A DNA stretch of 64,000 bases from an uncultured delta proteobacterium (GCA_963817385.1 CAWFOM010000008.1:32001-96000); one strand, 5' to 3'; counted from the first letter of the stretch, positions 1-10,286 are shown. Notes: a model not told the origin generated them from the letters alone. Translations and numbers: made by a program.

Positions 1-1
1 C

Positions 2-412
2 GTCGATCTTCGCGTTTCCCTGACGGACGGCTCTTACCATACCGTCGATTCCTCGGAAATGGCCTTCAAGATCGCCGGATCCCTCGGGTTCAAGAAAGGG
101 GTTCTCGAATGTCAGCCCACCCTTCTCGAACCCATCGTCAATATCATGATCGAGATCCCGGACGAGTACATGGGAGATGTCATCGGCGATCTGAACAGCC
201 GCCGGGGCAAGGTTCTGGGCATGGATTCGATCGGCCACCATCAGATCATCAAGGGTCAGGTCCCTCTCGCCGAAATCCTTAAATATGCCCCTGATCTCCG
301 TTCGATGACGAGCGGTCGCGGAACCTTTACCTATGAGCACTCCCATTACGAGGAGGTCCCCAGCTACATCGCGGAGAAGATCATCGCCGAATCCAAGAAG
401 GAAGATGCCTGA
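2..412 (+). CDS. fusA: Elongation factor G, C-terminal part (5'-truncated by window; stand-alone paralog, not followed by tuf)
   Basis: Frame from nt 2 reads VDLRVSLTDGSYHTVDSSEMAFKIAGS...LLEPI...GDVIGDLNSRRG...LRSMTSGRG, typical of EF-G domains IV-V. Confidence 0.93.
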   Translation, partial: VDLRVSLTDGSYHTVDSSEMAFKIAGSLGFKKGVLECQPTLLEPIVNIMIEIPDEYMGDVIGDLNSRRGKVLGMDSIGHHQIIKGQVPLAEILKYAPDLRSMTSGRGTFTYEHSHYEEVPSYIAEKIIAESKKEDA

Positions 413-905
413 GATGGGCTTTAAGGCCGTCATCATAACCGTAAGCGACCGGGGCGCCCGCGGCGAGCGTGAAGACACAAGCGGTCCGGAGATCGCCGGG
501 ATGCTTGAGAAGGCGGGAATGGAGATCGTGGGCCGGCGGATCATACCGGACGTACAGGAAGAGATCCGCCGGACGCTCATCGAGTGGAGCGACGGGGAGA
601 AAGCGGATTTGATCCTGACGACTGGCGGAACCGGCGTCAGCCCGCGGGACGTCACACCGGACGCCACCCGGGAGGTCATTGACCGGGAGATACCGGGAAT
701 GGCTGAGGCGATGCGCCGTCATAGCTCGACCGTCACCCCCCATGCGATGATCTCGCGCGCCATGGCCGGCATCCGCGGCCGGACTCTGATCATCAACCTC
801 CCCGGAAGTCCCCGCGGGGCTCGGGAAAATCTCAGCGTCCTGCTCCCCGCCCTCGCGCACGCCGTCGAAAAGATCCAGGGTGACGAAAAGGACTGCGCTC
901 CGTGA
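405..905 (+). CDS. mogA: MogA/MoaB molybdopterin adenylyltransferase family protein
   Basis: IITVSDR, DLILTTGGTGVSPRDVTPDAT, NLPGSP motifs; start ATG 405 or 414. Confidence 0.9.
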   Translation: MPEMGFKAVIITVSDRGARGEREDTSGPEIAGMLEKAGMEIVGRRIIPDVQEEIRRTLIEWSDGEKADLILTTGGTGVSPRDVTPDATREVIDREIPGMAEAMRRHSSTVTPHAMISRAMAGIRGRTLIINLPGSPRGARENLSVLLPALAHAVEKIQGDEKDCAP

Positions 906-1049
906 AGGAACAACCGACTCTGCTGAGGTAACCACGGTAAGCGATGCCGGGAGAGCCATCTCTGGCCGCAAGAAGTCGCGCCCTAAAGGACACCCCTGCA
1001 TCAGACAGGGGGCGCGTTTCGAACATGACGCGAACGCCGGGAGGTCACA

Positions 1050-1874
1050 GTGCAGACTGACAAAATTATCCTATCGGTAGCCACAACCGGCAGCTGGCCG
1101 GCCAAGGCGCACAATCCCGCCCTACCCGTCACACCCGAAGAGATTGCCGAGGCGGCAGTGGAGAGCTGGCGCGAAGGGGCGGCCGTCGTCCACGTCCACG
1201 TTCGGGACGATTCGGGAAAGATGACCTGCGATCCGGCGCGTTTCCGGCGGGTCAAGGAGCTGATACGCGCCCGGGGGTGCGATATTCTCATCAATTATTC
1301 GACCAGCGGCGGGGCCGGCCGTGTGGATGAGGGGGAGCGCTTCAACAGCCTGGACACCGGTCCCGAGCTGGCCTCGCTCGATGCCGGCTCCATGAATTTC
1401 AACGAGCGCGTCTTCCTTAACCCGCCGGACTTTTTAGAGGAGTTGGCCCGTCGAATGCGGGCAGCCAACGTCAAACCGGAGATTGAAGTCTTCGACAGCG
1501 GCATGATCGGTAATGCCTTGCCGCTTATCAAAAGCGGCCTGATCAAACCGCCCCTCTGGTGGCAGTTCGTCCTGGGGGTGAAGGGCGGGACCCCGGCCTC
1601 GGCACGTTCCCTGCTTCACCTGGTTGACAGCCTGCCCGCGGGGTCGCTGTGGTCGGTGTGCGCCGTGGGGTCTCACCAGTTGCCGATGAATGTGCTGGCC
1701 ATCGCCATGGGCGGGCACGCCCGCACCGGTCTTGAAGATAACCTCTACTACCGCCGGGGCGAGTTGGCCGGAAGCAACGCCCAACTCGTCGCCCGTCTGG
1801 CACGGATTGCCCGCGAGTGTGGTCGGGAACCGGCCACTCCCGCCGAGGCGAGGCAGATGCTTGGGCTCGTTTAA
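1050..1874 (+). CDS. Beta-keto acid cleavage enzyme (BKACE / 3-keto-5-aminohexanoate cleavage family, DUF849)
   Basis: NPALPVTPEEIA, HVHVR metal motif, STSGG, KPEIEVFD, RTGLEDN, SNAQLV. Confidence 0.92.
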   Translation: MQTDKIILSVATTGSWPAKAHNPALPVTPEEIAEAAVESWREGAAVVHVHVRDDSGKMTCDPARFRRVKELIRARGCDILINYSTSGGAGRVDEGERFNSLDTGPELASLDAGSMNFNERVFLNPPDFLEELARRMRAANVKPEIEVFDSGMIGNALPLIKSGLIKPPLWWQFVLGVKGGTPASARSLLHLVDSLPAGSLWSVCAVGSHQLPMNVLAIAMGGHARTGLEDNLYYRRGELAGSNAQLVARLARIARECGREPATPAEARQMLGLV

Positions 1875-1897
1875 AGAAGGCGCTGAGAAGACATCCG

Positions 1898-2845
1898 ATG
1901 AATGAAATTCGCCAGGTTACCATAATCGGTGCGGGCACGATGGGTCATTCGCTGGCCCAGACATTCGCCCTGGCGGGCTATCGCGTCTGGTTGCATGACC
2001 TCAAGGACGAAATCCTCGCCAGAGCCAGGAGCCTGATCGCTTCCAATCTCCGGACCCTGGTGGAGATGCGATCCCTGGACCCGAACCAACCGCCCATCGT
2101 CCTGAAGCGCATTCAAACAACCTCGCGCATCGAAGAAGCGGGGGAAGAGGCGGACTTCGTCATCGAGGCGATCAGTGAAGACGAGGCGGCGAAAAAAGAG
2201 TTGTTTCGCACACTGGATGCCGTCTGCCCGGCCGGAGCAATCCTGGCCAGCAACACCTCCTACATGGATATCTTTCAGTTTGTTGAGACCGGACGGCCGG
2301 ATAAAGTTCTCATCACTCATTGGTTTGCCCCGCCTCATATTATTCCCCTGGTGGAGATCGTGCGCGGTCCCCGGACTTCCCAGGAAACGGTTGACCGGGT
2401 GAGGGCTCTCTTGATCGATGCGGGCAAGAAGCCCATCGTGATTTCCCGGTTCCTGCCGGGGTTCATCGCCAACCGTCTCCAGAGCGCCTTGAATAATGAG
2501 GTGCTCCATCTCCTGGATAACGGGTATGCCACTCCCGAGGACATCGATGTGGCGACCAAATCCAGCTTCGGCCTCCGAATGCCCATCCTGGGGCTGGTGA
2601 AAAGAATGGATTATACGGGTCTGGACCTGACCAAAAAAATCATCCGCAACGCTGTGTATCAAGTCCCTCCCCAAAGGACCCAATCCAAGACGGTGGACCG
2701 ATTGGTCTCCCAGGGAAAGCTCGGCGTAAAAACCGGCAGCGGATTTTATGAATATGGAGGCCGTTCCACCGAAGAGATCATGAAAGAGCGGGATTGCAAG
2801 CTGATCGCGCTGAAAGAGTTCTTGCAGAAGATGGGAGAACTCTGA
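1898..2845 (+). CDS. 3-hydroxyacyl-CoA dehydrogenase family protein (carnitine/gulonate dehydrogenase-like subgroup possible)
   Basis: GAGTMG Rossmann motif, VIEAISE, LASNTS, HWFAPPHIIPLVE, PGFIANRLQ, GKLGVKTGSGFY. Confidence 0.88.
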   Translation: MNEIRQVTIIGAGTMGHSLAQTFALAGYRVWLHDLKDEILARARSLIASNLRTLVEMRSLDPNQPPIVLKRIQTTSRIEEAGEEADFVIEAISEDEAAKKELFRTLDAVCPAGAILASNTSYMDIFQFVETGRPDKVLITHWFAPPHIIPLVEIVRGPRTSQETVDRVRALLIDAGKKPIVISRFLPGFIANRLQSALNNEVLHLLDNGYATPEDIDVATKSSFGLRMPILGLVKRMDYTGLDLTKKIIRNAVYQVPPQRTQSKTVDRLVSQGKLGVKTGSGFYEYGGRSTEEIMKERDCKLIALKEFLQKMGEL

Positions 2846-2910
2846 AATCGGGTACTTCGGGAGCGAGGATTCCGGGATTATCACGGAACGTATCACGAAA
2901 GGCCATTCTC

Positions 2911-4518
2911 ATGAACAGACCGCCAATGAGCGTTCCCCGGGAATCCCTGACGTTTCCCCTTCGACAAGCCGCCGAACGATTTCCGGATAAAGTGGCAATC
3001 ATCTCCCCGGAAGCGGGCGGGCGGGCGACCACCTACCGCTGGCTGGATGATCATTCTTCCCTTCTCGCCGATTCTCTGGCCAATCTGGGGGTAGAGCCGG
3101 GAGACCGGGTGGCCCTGTGGATGAAAAACAGCCTGGAATATATCCTCTCCTTTTACGGCATCCTGAAGGCGGGCGCCGTCGTCGTGCCGATCAGCACGCA
3201 CTACGGGGAACGGGAGCTGTTGCATCAGCTGAACGTTACGCGGGCCAAAGGCCTGATGGCCCACGACGGCTTGATCCGTCCCCTCGGGGATATCCTGACG
3301 GGGTTGAACGCGCTTCGGTTCCTCATCTCCGAGGGGCCGCAAGAACCTCCGGCGGGGGCTGTTTCGTTCTCCTCCCTCTTGACGGGCGAGACCCGCCTGG
3401 ACCGCTCGGTCGGGGTGGATCCGGAATGCACCCTGGCGGTCCTTCCCTTCTCCAGCGGCACGACCGGCCTGCCGAAAGGGGTCATGCTGACCCACGCCAA
3501 CCTGCTCAGCAATCTGTATCAGGTCGTCCAGGCCCATGAGGTTTCGGACCGGGATGTTCTGATGAATCAACTTCCCTTTTTCCATATTTACGGGATGACG
3601 GTCCTCATGGGCAACTCGATTATGGCCGGGGCCACCCAGGTTATTGCCAGCCGTTTTCGTCCTCTGGATGACTTTCTGCGCCTGTTTGAGACCTTTCGGC
3701 CGACCCTGTTTTTTACCGTGCCCCTGATCATCCAGGAGTTCTGTCACCATCCCCGTGTCCGCACCATGGACTGGAGCCGTCTGCGCTATGTCAACACCGG
3801 AGGAGCGCCCCTTTCACCCGACCTCCAAGAGCGGTTCACCGAAATCACCGGGGTGCCGGTGATGCAGGGCTACGGCCTGACTGAATCGTCTCCGACTACC
3901 CACATCAACCCCATCCGCAGGATCAAGGTGGGCACCATCGGTCTGCCGGTCGCCGACACGGAGGATAAAATCGTCGATCCTCTGACAGGAGCGGAATTGC
4001 CCCCGCACGAGGTCGGGGAACTCTGGGTTCGGGGGCCCCAGGTGATGAAAGGGTATTATGAGGATCCGGAGGCGACCGCCCATACCTTGGTCGAAGGGTG
4101 GTTGCGCACCGGGGATTTGGCCATGAAGAACGAAGAAGGCTACGTCACGATCGTCGATCGGTTGAAAGAACTGATCAAAACCAAAGGATTTCAGGTGGCG
4201 CCAGCCGAAATCGAACACATCCTTGTCGGACATCCGGACATTCAGGATGCGGCGGTCATCGGGGAATCCCATCCCGATTTCGGCGAAATTCCCGTGGCCT
4301 ATGTCGTGCTTCGGCCCGATGCCGAGGTTTCCTGCGAAGCGATCATCGAGTACGCGGCCCACGGCATGGCTAAATACAAGCGGCTGGCCCGGGTGATCAT
4401 TACCGATTCCATCCCCCGCAGCCCCTCGGGAAAGATCCTGCGCCGCATCCTGAAGGCAGCGCTGACTTCCCCGCCTTCCCCGGGGGCCGCCTCTCCCCCG
4501 CGGAGCGAATGCGGCTGA
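2911..4518 (+). CDS. AMP-forming acyl-CoA ligase (4-coumarate/long-chain fatty acid-CoA ligase family)
   Basis: SSGTTGLPKGV P-loop, LPFFHIYG, QGYGLTE, GWLRTGD, DRLKELIK, SGKILRR. Confidence 0.92.
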   Translation: MNRPPMSVPRESLTFPLRQAAERFPDKVAIISPEAGGRATTYRWLDDHSSLLADSLANLGVEPGDRVALWMKNSLEYILSFYGILKAGAVVVPISTHYGERELLHQLNVTRAKGLMAHDGLIRPLGDILTGLNALRFLISEGPQEPPAGAVSFSSLLTGETRLDRSVGVDPECTLAVLPFSSGTTGLPKGVMLTHANLLSNLYQVVQAHEVSDRDVLMNQLPFFHIYGMTVLMGNSIMAGATQVIASRFRPLDDFLRLFETFRPTLFFTVPLIIQEFCHHPRVRTMDWSRLRYVNTGGAPLSPDLQERFTEITGVPVMQGYGLTESSPTTHINPIRRIKVGTIGLPVADTEDKIVDPLTGAELPPHEVGELWVRGPQVMKGYYEDPEATAHTLVEGWLRTGDLAMKNEEGYVTIVDRLKELIKTKGFQVAPAEIEHILVGHPDIQDAAVIGESHPDFGEIPVAYVVLRPDAEVSCEAIIEYAAHGMAKYKRLARVIITDSIPRSPSGKILRRILKAALTSPPSPGAASPPRSECG

Positions 4519-4574
4519 GGAGCTATGCCCGGGGTACAGGGTCGGTCCAACAATCATGCGCCTTCATACACAGA

Positions 4575-4607
4575 ATCGCCCCCGGAAGCTGCGCTTCCGG
4601 GGGCGAT
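4575..4607. terminator. Perfect 15-bp hairpin between convergent genes (likely bidirectional terminator)
   Basis: ATCGCCCCCGGAAGC-TGC-GCTTCCGGGGGCGAT between the ligase and Ldh stop codons. Confidence 0.65.
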
Positions 4608-4653
4608 ATATCTCAATATGCTGTGCGACCCGGGTTACGCTCCCCCCCTTGCG

Positions 4654-5724
4654 TCAATCCTGCGGAAAAGGGAGATCCAGCTCCCGACCGAGGGCGATGA
4701 AGTCCTTAACCACCGGCTCGGGGATCGGGATGCCGTTCGCGAGACGATCGGCCTTCATCTCGAACTCTATCTCCCCGGGGAGATAGATGCGCTTCACCCC
4801 ATCGGCCCTCTTCGATGTCTTGACCTCCTGAATCGCCCTGTCCATGGAGGCGGTGAACTCCGGCAGGTCCATGAAACTCTCCACATTCACCGCCGCAAAG
4901 ACGCTCCCGACATCGGTCGGCTCGACCATGTTGTCCGCCAGGAAGCCGGGAAAGTGGGTCCCGTAATTCGAACCGGTCAGAACGCCGCAGATGAAGTCAA
5001 TCGCCAAGGCGATGCCGTATCCCTTGTAGCCGCCGATGGGGGCGAGAAGCCCTTTCAGGGCGGTGTGCGGGTCCGTTGTAGGGACACCGCGGTCGTCGAA
5101 CGCCCAGCCGGGCTCCAACGGTTTGTTCTGCTTGGCGTAGAGCATGATTCGGCCACGGGCCACTACGGTCGTAGCCAGATCAAGGACAACAGGCAACTCC
5201 CGGCCCGCAGGAATGGCGACGACGAAGGGGTTGGTGCCGAGCATCGCCGTGCACCCCCCCGTGGGGGCCATTGCCGCCGGGGCGTTGGTCGAACTGAAGC
5301 CGATCATGCCGTGCTGGAGGGCCATCATGGCCCAGTAGGCAGCCATCCCATAGTGGTTGGAGTGGCTCACGGCCGTGAAGGCCACACCGGTCTGGCGGGC
5401 CTTTTCTATCGCCGTCCGCATCGCGCGGGCTGCGCCCACCTGGCCGATACTGTTGTTACAGGCAATGAGTGCGGTGGAAGGTTTCTCACGCACGACGACG
5501 AAGTTACTCTTCGCGCTCATGACCCCTTTCTGGATCCGCTCCACGTAGACGCAGAGCATACGAGTAATACCGTGGGTGTCCACACCCCGGAGGTTAGCCT
5601 CGATCATGGAGTCGGTGAGGAGCTTCGCGTCGTCCCGGCTGACTCCGACCTTCTGGAAAACCTCCTGTGTCCAGCCCCGCAATCTCTCCGCAGGGAACAT
5701 TATGCCGCCGTCAACACCCGCCAT
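4654..5724 (-). CDS. Ldh_2 family oxidoreductase (AllD/ComC/YiaK-like)
   Basis: RGVDTHG, SNHYGMA, LGTNP, LDLATT, GGYKGYG, YLPGE motifs. Confidence 0.9.
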   Translation of the reverse strand: MAGVDGGIMFPAERLRGWTQEVFQKVGVSRDDAKLLTDSMIEANLRGVDTHGITRMLCVYVERIQKGVMSAKSNFVVVREKPSTALIACNNSIGQVGAARAMRTAIEKARQTGVAFTAVSHSNHYGMAAYWAMMALQHGMIGFSSTNAPAAMAPTGGCTAMLGTNPFVVAIPAGRELPVVLDLATTVVARGRIMLYAKQNKPLEPGWAFDDRGVPTTDPHTALKGLLAPIGGYKGYGIALAIDFICGVLTGSNYGTHFPGFLADNMVEPTDVGSVFAAVNVESFMDLPEFTASMDRAIQEVKTSKRADGVKRIYLPGEIEFEMKADRLANGIPIPEPVVKDFIALGRELDLPFPQD

Positions 5725-5928
5725 GCCGTATTCTCCTTTCTGCCGCCCTATTTGCACTATCCTCTCGGGGGATCATTGTTTCGGATTTGAGTATATGAAG
5801 AGAGGCCCCTGTGTCAAGCAATTAAAAGAATTCGCACTTGACAAGCGATAGTTGGAAGAGTAGGAGGAATATTCGGTAGAATTCGCTTCAGACCCACCTT
5901 AACCGATCATTTGCGAAAGGAGATCAGT

Positions 5929-6876
5929 ATGAAACTGAAATCGACCCTACTGGCGTTTACGCTCATGGCCGTGATAGTCATTCCCGTATCTGCACCGGCA
6001 GAGCAGATTACCCTGATGACCGGCCCCCAGGGTGGCGTGTGGGTGCCCCTCGGCGGTGCACTGAAGGGGATGTGGGAAAAGGCGGTCCCCGGCCTCCAGG
6101 TGCAGATGCAGCCCGGCGCAGGAATCGCCAACATTCGCGGTGTCGACGAAGGCAAAGCCCATGTCGGCTTCGGCAACACTATCACGACGGTTGACGGTCT
6201 CGCCGGCAGGCCGCCGTTCCCTAAGAAGGTTACCAAGGTCTGCCAGGTCGCCAACCTCTACCCGCAGTATTTCCAGGTGGTGGTTCCCGTCGATACAAAC
6301 ATCAACAGTATCAATGACCTGAAGGGCAAGGTGATGGTTACGCAGCCGAAAGGCAACACCGCGGAGCTCATCAACATCCATATATTGCAGGTCCACGGGA
6401 TGAACTACCAGTCGCTGTCGAAGGTGAATTTCATCAACTCCTACACCGATGCCGTATCAATGGTGAAGGACGGCCACGCCCAGGTGTTTACGCTGGGGAC
6501 GGCGGTTCCCTCATCGGCGGTGATGGATCTGGCAAGCGCGCGCGACATCAAGCTGATCGGCATCGACGCCAAGATACTGGCCGACATGAAGAAGATCAAC
6601 CCGGGCTACTCCAAACTCACCATCAAGGCCGGCACCTATCCGAAGCAGGACAAGGATGTCGACGTGATCGGTTATGCGACACACATCGTCGCTTCCTGCG
6701 ACCTGCCCGAAGAGATGGTCTACAAGATGACAAAGGCGATGGCAACCAATGTGAGCGATATGGCGGCATCGAACAAGTCGATCAGCGGCTTGACGCCGAA
6801 GATCATGGCCGAGGACATCGGCGTACCCTTCCACAAGGGCGCCTTGAAGTTTTACAAGGAAGCGGGGGCACTCTGA
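5929..6876 (+). CDS. TAXI-family TRAP transporter solute-binding subunit
   Basis: Signal peptide; TGPQGGVW, NLYPQY, IKAGTYP, PFHKGA motifs; precedes fused permease. Confidence 0.9.
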   Translation: MKLKSTLLAFTLMAVIVIPVSAPAEQITLMTGPQGGVWVPLGGALKGMWEKAVPGLQVQMQPGAGIANIRGVDEGKAHVGFGNTITTVDGLAGRPPFPKKVTKVCQVANLYPQYFQVVVPVDTNINSINDLKGKVMVTQPKGNTAELINIHILQVHGMNYQSLSKVNFINSYTDAVSMVKDGHAQVFTLGTAVPSSAVMDLASARDIKLIGIDAKILADMKKINPGYSKLTIKAGTYPKQDKDVDVIGYATHIVASCDLPEEMVYKMTKAMATNVSDMAASNKSISGLTPKIMAEDIGVPFHKGALKFYKEAGAL

Positions 6877-6908
6877 TTTCGAGTTCCCCTTCACCCCGCA
6901 GCACCATC

Positions 6909-6937
6909 GCGGGGCGGCCCCGGCCGCCCCGCTTTTT
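6909..6937 (+). terminator. GC hairpin plus U-tract between SBP and permease genes
   Basis: GCGGGGCGGC-CCCG-GCCGCCCCGC-TTTTT. Confidence 0.6.
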
Positions 6938-6972
6938 ACATCTGTAGTCCGCATCACCCGGAGGAGGCACTC

Positions 6973-8865
6973 ATGTCAGAAGCCGTTCCCGTCATTTCCG
7001 AAGAGGTACAGGCAACCCCGCCCAAGACAAAGGCGCTCAAGCGGATCGTTTCGGTGATCGCCATCACTATGTCGCTGTTCCACATGTACGTCGCCGGATT
7101 CGGACCGCCGGAGGCGATGATCTTCCGGGGCACCCATCTGCTGTTTGCACTCACCCTCGTCTTCCTGCTGTACCCACTCAAGCCCGGCGGGGGCATCGGC
7201 TGGCGCATCATCGATGGAATCATGCTCATCGGCTCGTGGGCTTTCATCCTCCACATCTTTTTCAATTACGAATACGTTACCTACCGCACCATCTATATCG
7301 ATGACATGACGACCCTCGACAAGGTCTACGCGGTAATATCGGTGCTGATCGTCCTCGATGCGACCCGTCGCGTCCTCGGCTGGGCGCTGCCGATCACCGC
7401 GTTCATCTTCCTCGCCTACACGGCCTTCCTCACCAACGTGAAGATGCCGATCCTGGCGGAGCAGATGTATCTCTCCCTCGAGGGGATCTTCGGCCCGACG
7501 CTGGGGGTGTCGGCCTCCTACGTGATGCTGTTCGTCCTGTTCGGCGCGTTCATGGAACGGAGCGGCACCGGAAGGCTGTTCATGGACTTCGCGCTCGCGA
7601 TTACCGGCCACACCGCCGGCGGCCCGGGCAAGGTTTCGGTGGTGAGTTCGAGCTTGTTCGGGACGGTTTCGGGGAGCGCCGTCGCCAATGTGATGGTTGA
7701 CGGACCGATCACCATTCCGCTGATGAAGAAAACCGGCTTTACCCCGCCGTTCGCCGCAGCGGTCGAGGCGGTTGCATCGACCGGCGGTCAGATCATGCCG
7801 CCGGTGATGGGCGCAGCAGCATTCGTGATGGCCGAGTTCCTGGCGGTGAGCTACTTCCAGGTGACGCTCTGGGCGGCGATCCCGGCGATCCTGTATTACG
7901 TAGCGGTCTTTTTCTCGGTCCATTTCAGAGCGAAGCGCGTAGGGCTTCTGGGGGTGCCCAGGTCGGAACTGCCGCATCTTGGGACGGTGATGCGTGAGCG
8001 GGGGCATCTGTTCACGCCCATTTTCATCGTCTTTATCGGGCTCGTCGCGGGCTACAGCGCCCCGCTGTGCGCGCTTGCGGGCACCCTCGCCTGCCTCCCC
8101 ATGGCGCTCCTCAAGAAGATCACGCGCCAGGACATCACCTGGAAGTCGGTGGTCGAGGCGCTCGAAGACGGGGCGCGCAACACGCTCCTCGTGGCGATGG
8201 CCTGCGCCTGCGCCGGGATCGTGATCGGCTGTGTGACGCTTACCGGATTGGGGATCAGCTTCACCCAGCTCGTGGTAGGGCTGGCGCGGGAGATGCTGCC
8301 CCTTGCGCTCGCACTTACCGCGGTCGCCGGCATCGTCCTCGGCATGGGGATGCCGACCACCCCCGCCTACATCGTCATGGTCTCGCTGCTCGTTCCGGCG
8401 CTCATTAAACTCGGCGCCATCGCCCCGGCGGCACATATGTTCGCCTTCTATTTCGCGATCCTCTCGGCAATCACCCCGCCGGTTGCGCTCGCGGTTTTTG
8501 CCGCAGCCAGCCTCGGGAAAACCGACCTCTGGAAGTCGGGATGGGAGGCGGTGCGGATCGGCGCCGCCGGCTTCATCGTGCCCTTCATGTTCGTGTACGA
8601 GCCGGCGATCCTGATGATCGGCGATTGGCAGACCATCGTCTCCTCGTTCATAACCGCGACACTCGGCACGATTCTCCTCGCCGCTTCGCTGCAAGGCTAC
8701 CTGATCAGACCGGCAACGATGTGGCAGCGGGTGGTCCTGTTCGTCGCAGCGCTCTGCCTGATAAAACCGGGCTGGATCACCGACATCATCGGCCTCGCAT
8801 TGCTGGCGATCGTGCTCGCCGTCCAATATGCCGCCATGCCGAAGATCGACAAAAAACCGGCCTGA
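6973..8865 (+). CDS. TRAP transporter fused (4TM/12TM) permease
   Basis: GGPGKVSVVSS, SGSAVANV, STGGQIMPPVMGAAAF, GMGMPTT, ITPPVALA. Confidence 0.93.
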   Translation: MSEAVPVISEEVQATPPKTKALKRIVSVIAITMSLFHMYVAGFGPPEAMIFRGTHLLFALTLVFLLYPLKPGGGIGWRIIDGIMLIGSWAFILHIFFNYEYVTYRTIYIDDMTTLDKVYAVISVLIVLDATRRVLGWALPITAFIFLAYTAFLTNVKMPILAEQMYLSLEGIFGPTLGVSASYVMLFVLFGAFMERSGTGRLFMDFALAITGHTAGGPGKVSVVSSSLFGTVSGSAVANVMVDGPITIPLMKKTGFTPPFAAAVEAVASTGGQIMPPVMGAAAFVMAEFLAVSYFQVTLWAAIPAILYYVAVFFSVHFRAKRVGLLGVPRSELPHLGTVMRERGHLFTPIFIVFIGLVAGYSAPLCALAGTLACLPMALLKKITRQDITWKSVVEALEDGARNTLLVAMACACAGIVIGCVTLTGLGISFTQLVVGLAREMLPLALALTAVAGIVLGMGMPTTPAYIVMVSLLVPALIKLGAIAPAAHMFAFYFAILSAITPPVALAVFAAASLGKTDLWKSGWEAVRIGAAGFIVPFMFVYEPAILMIGDWQTIVSSFITATLGTILLAASLQGYLIRPATMWQRVVLFVAALCLIKPGWITDIIGLALLAIVLAVQYAAMPKIDKKPA

Positions 8866-8887
8866 TCCCCCATTCGGGCAGCCGCTG

Positions 8888-9420
8888 TCACGGGTAGAGC
8901 GCGATAATCTCATTGCCGGCTCTCTTAGCGCCATCGCGACAACGATCACGCGTGACGCGGCGGAATATTCGTCCATCAGGTACTCCTCGACACGCCGGGG
9001 GTGCGTCCCCGGCCAGAAGACCCTTCCGCAGAGGCGGCAGATGCGGAATTGGGCGCAGGTCTCGAAAATATAGGCGGGAACCAGGCCCATCATCGCTTCT
9101 TTCGGCACCTCTTCCAGCATTGCATTGCATCTCAGGCAGCGGGTCATCCGCTTCGCCGGATCGGGCTCCAGGGCCAGCGCCTCCAGAACCTCGCCGATCT
9201 GCCTGCCGACCCGGTCGGCATTCACCACGACGAGACTTCCCGGGCGGGGCAGGCGGGCAAGATCCCGCTTCCGGGTGAGGGCAATCCTCCCCTCCTCCCC
9301 GGCCTTCCGGAGAAATGTCCGATCCGCATCCCCCCGGTCATACAGGGTGTCGTACCCGAGTATTCTTAGCCATTTCGCCAGTTTCCCCAGGTTGCAATCC
9401 GCGACAAATCGGACATCCAT
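8888..9420 (-). CDS. Mut7-C RNase (PIN-like, DUF82) domain protein; 3' end uncertain (no in-frame stop until 6976)
   Basis: RFVADCNLGKLAKWLRILGYDT, RIALTR, RCLRCN, CRLCGRVFWPGTH; domain ends near 8975; a 1-nt shift there would end the protein at 8888. Confidence 0.8.
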
Positions 9421-9506
9421 GATACTCTCTTACAAAAGTCATTATTTCCCGCCCTCCCTTTATCCCTGCTCACCACCATAGGGCGCAAGGTACTCTTACG
9501 GGATCG

Positions 9507-10286
9507 TTACCCATGGCTGCCATCGGGCGGGAAGCGATTCAAGGTAAAGCGGCCGTCATCGTACAAGAGGTAAGAGTCGCGGGTGATCCAGTCGCCCAGG
9601 GTCGCAAAGGTCTTTCTTCTTCCGTCGCAGAGCTCCTCGCGGAGGAACGGTTTATGACAATGGCCGAGGATCACGGCATCATAGCCTTCCTGAAATTTTC
9701 CCCGCGCAAACCGATGCATGATTTCCACCAGACGGTCTACAGATTCCCCGGACATCTCCTTGCTCATCTTCGAACTTATACGGGCCATCCGCCAGAGCAG
9801 CTTCAGGGGGAGCAGCCGCTGCAGACGGTAGACGAAGGGACTTCGCAGGAATCCCCTGAGCGCCAGGTATTTCCGGTTGCCCCGGTCCACGGTATCCCCG
9901 TGGGAAACGAGTATCCGGCGGCCGTCAATTTCAAAATCCGCCCACTCCGGATAGACCTCGATCCCGAGCCGTCCGGAAAAATACTCATCAAGAAAAAAAT
10001 CATGGTTTCCCTCGCAGAAACTGATCCGGACCCCTTCCCGGTTCAAGGCCGCGATTCTCTCTACCATCTGCCGGAAAGCGGGATAGATGGCATCCCCTCT
10101 CGCGAACCAGAAATCGAAGAAATCTCCTGCGATAACGAGATGATCAATGGTATACTGATCCTCAGATACCTGCCCGCAACCGATATGGCCCCTGCCCCGG
10201 AGTCGGTCGAAAAAACGGATGAGCTTTTCATGGGCGGCATCCCCCGGACCTTTCAGGTGAGCGTCGGAGAGGAAGATCACCTTCAT
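9507..10286 (-). CDS. lpxH: UDP-2,3-diacylglucosamine diphosphatase (metallophosphoesterase)
   Basis: FLSDAH, GDFFDFW, GNHD, SHGD, ILGHCH, LGDW; alternative start 10355. Confidence 0.82.
   Translation of the reverse strand: MKVIFLSDAHLKGPGDAAHEKLIRFFDRLRGRGHIGCGQVSEDQYTIDHLVIAGDFFDFWFARGDAIYPAFRQMVERIAALNREGVRISFCEGNHDFFLDEYFSGRLGIEVYPEWADFEIDGRRILVSHGDTVDRGNRKYLALRGFLRSPFVYRLQRLLPLKLLWRMARISSKMSKEMSGESVDRLVEIMHRFARGKFQEGYDAVILGHCHKPFLREELCDGRRKTFATLGDWITRDSYLLYDDGRFTLNRFPPDGSHG

Noticed and set aside
906..1049. Possible riboswitch upstream of the BKACE gene
   Set aside because: No match to lysine, Moco, SAM, TPP or cobalamin consensus blocks that I can recognise
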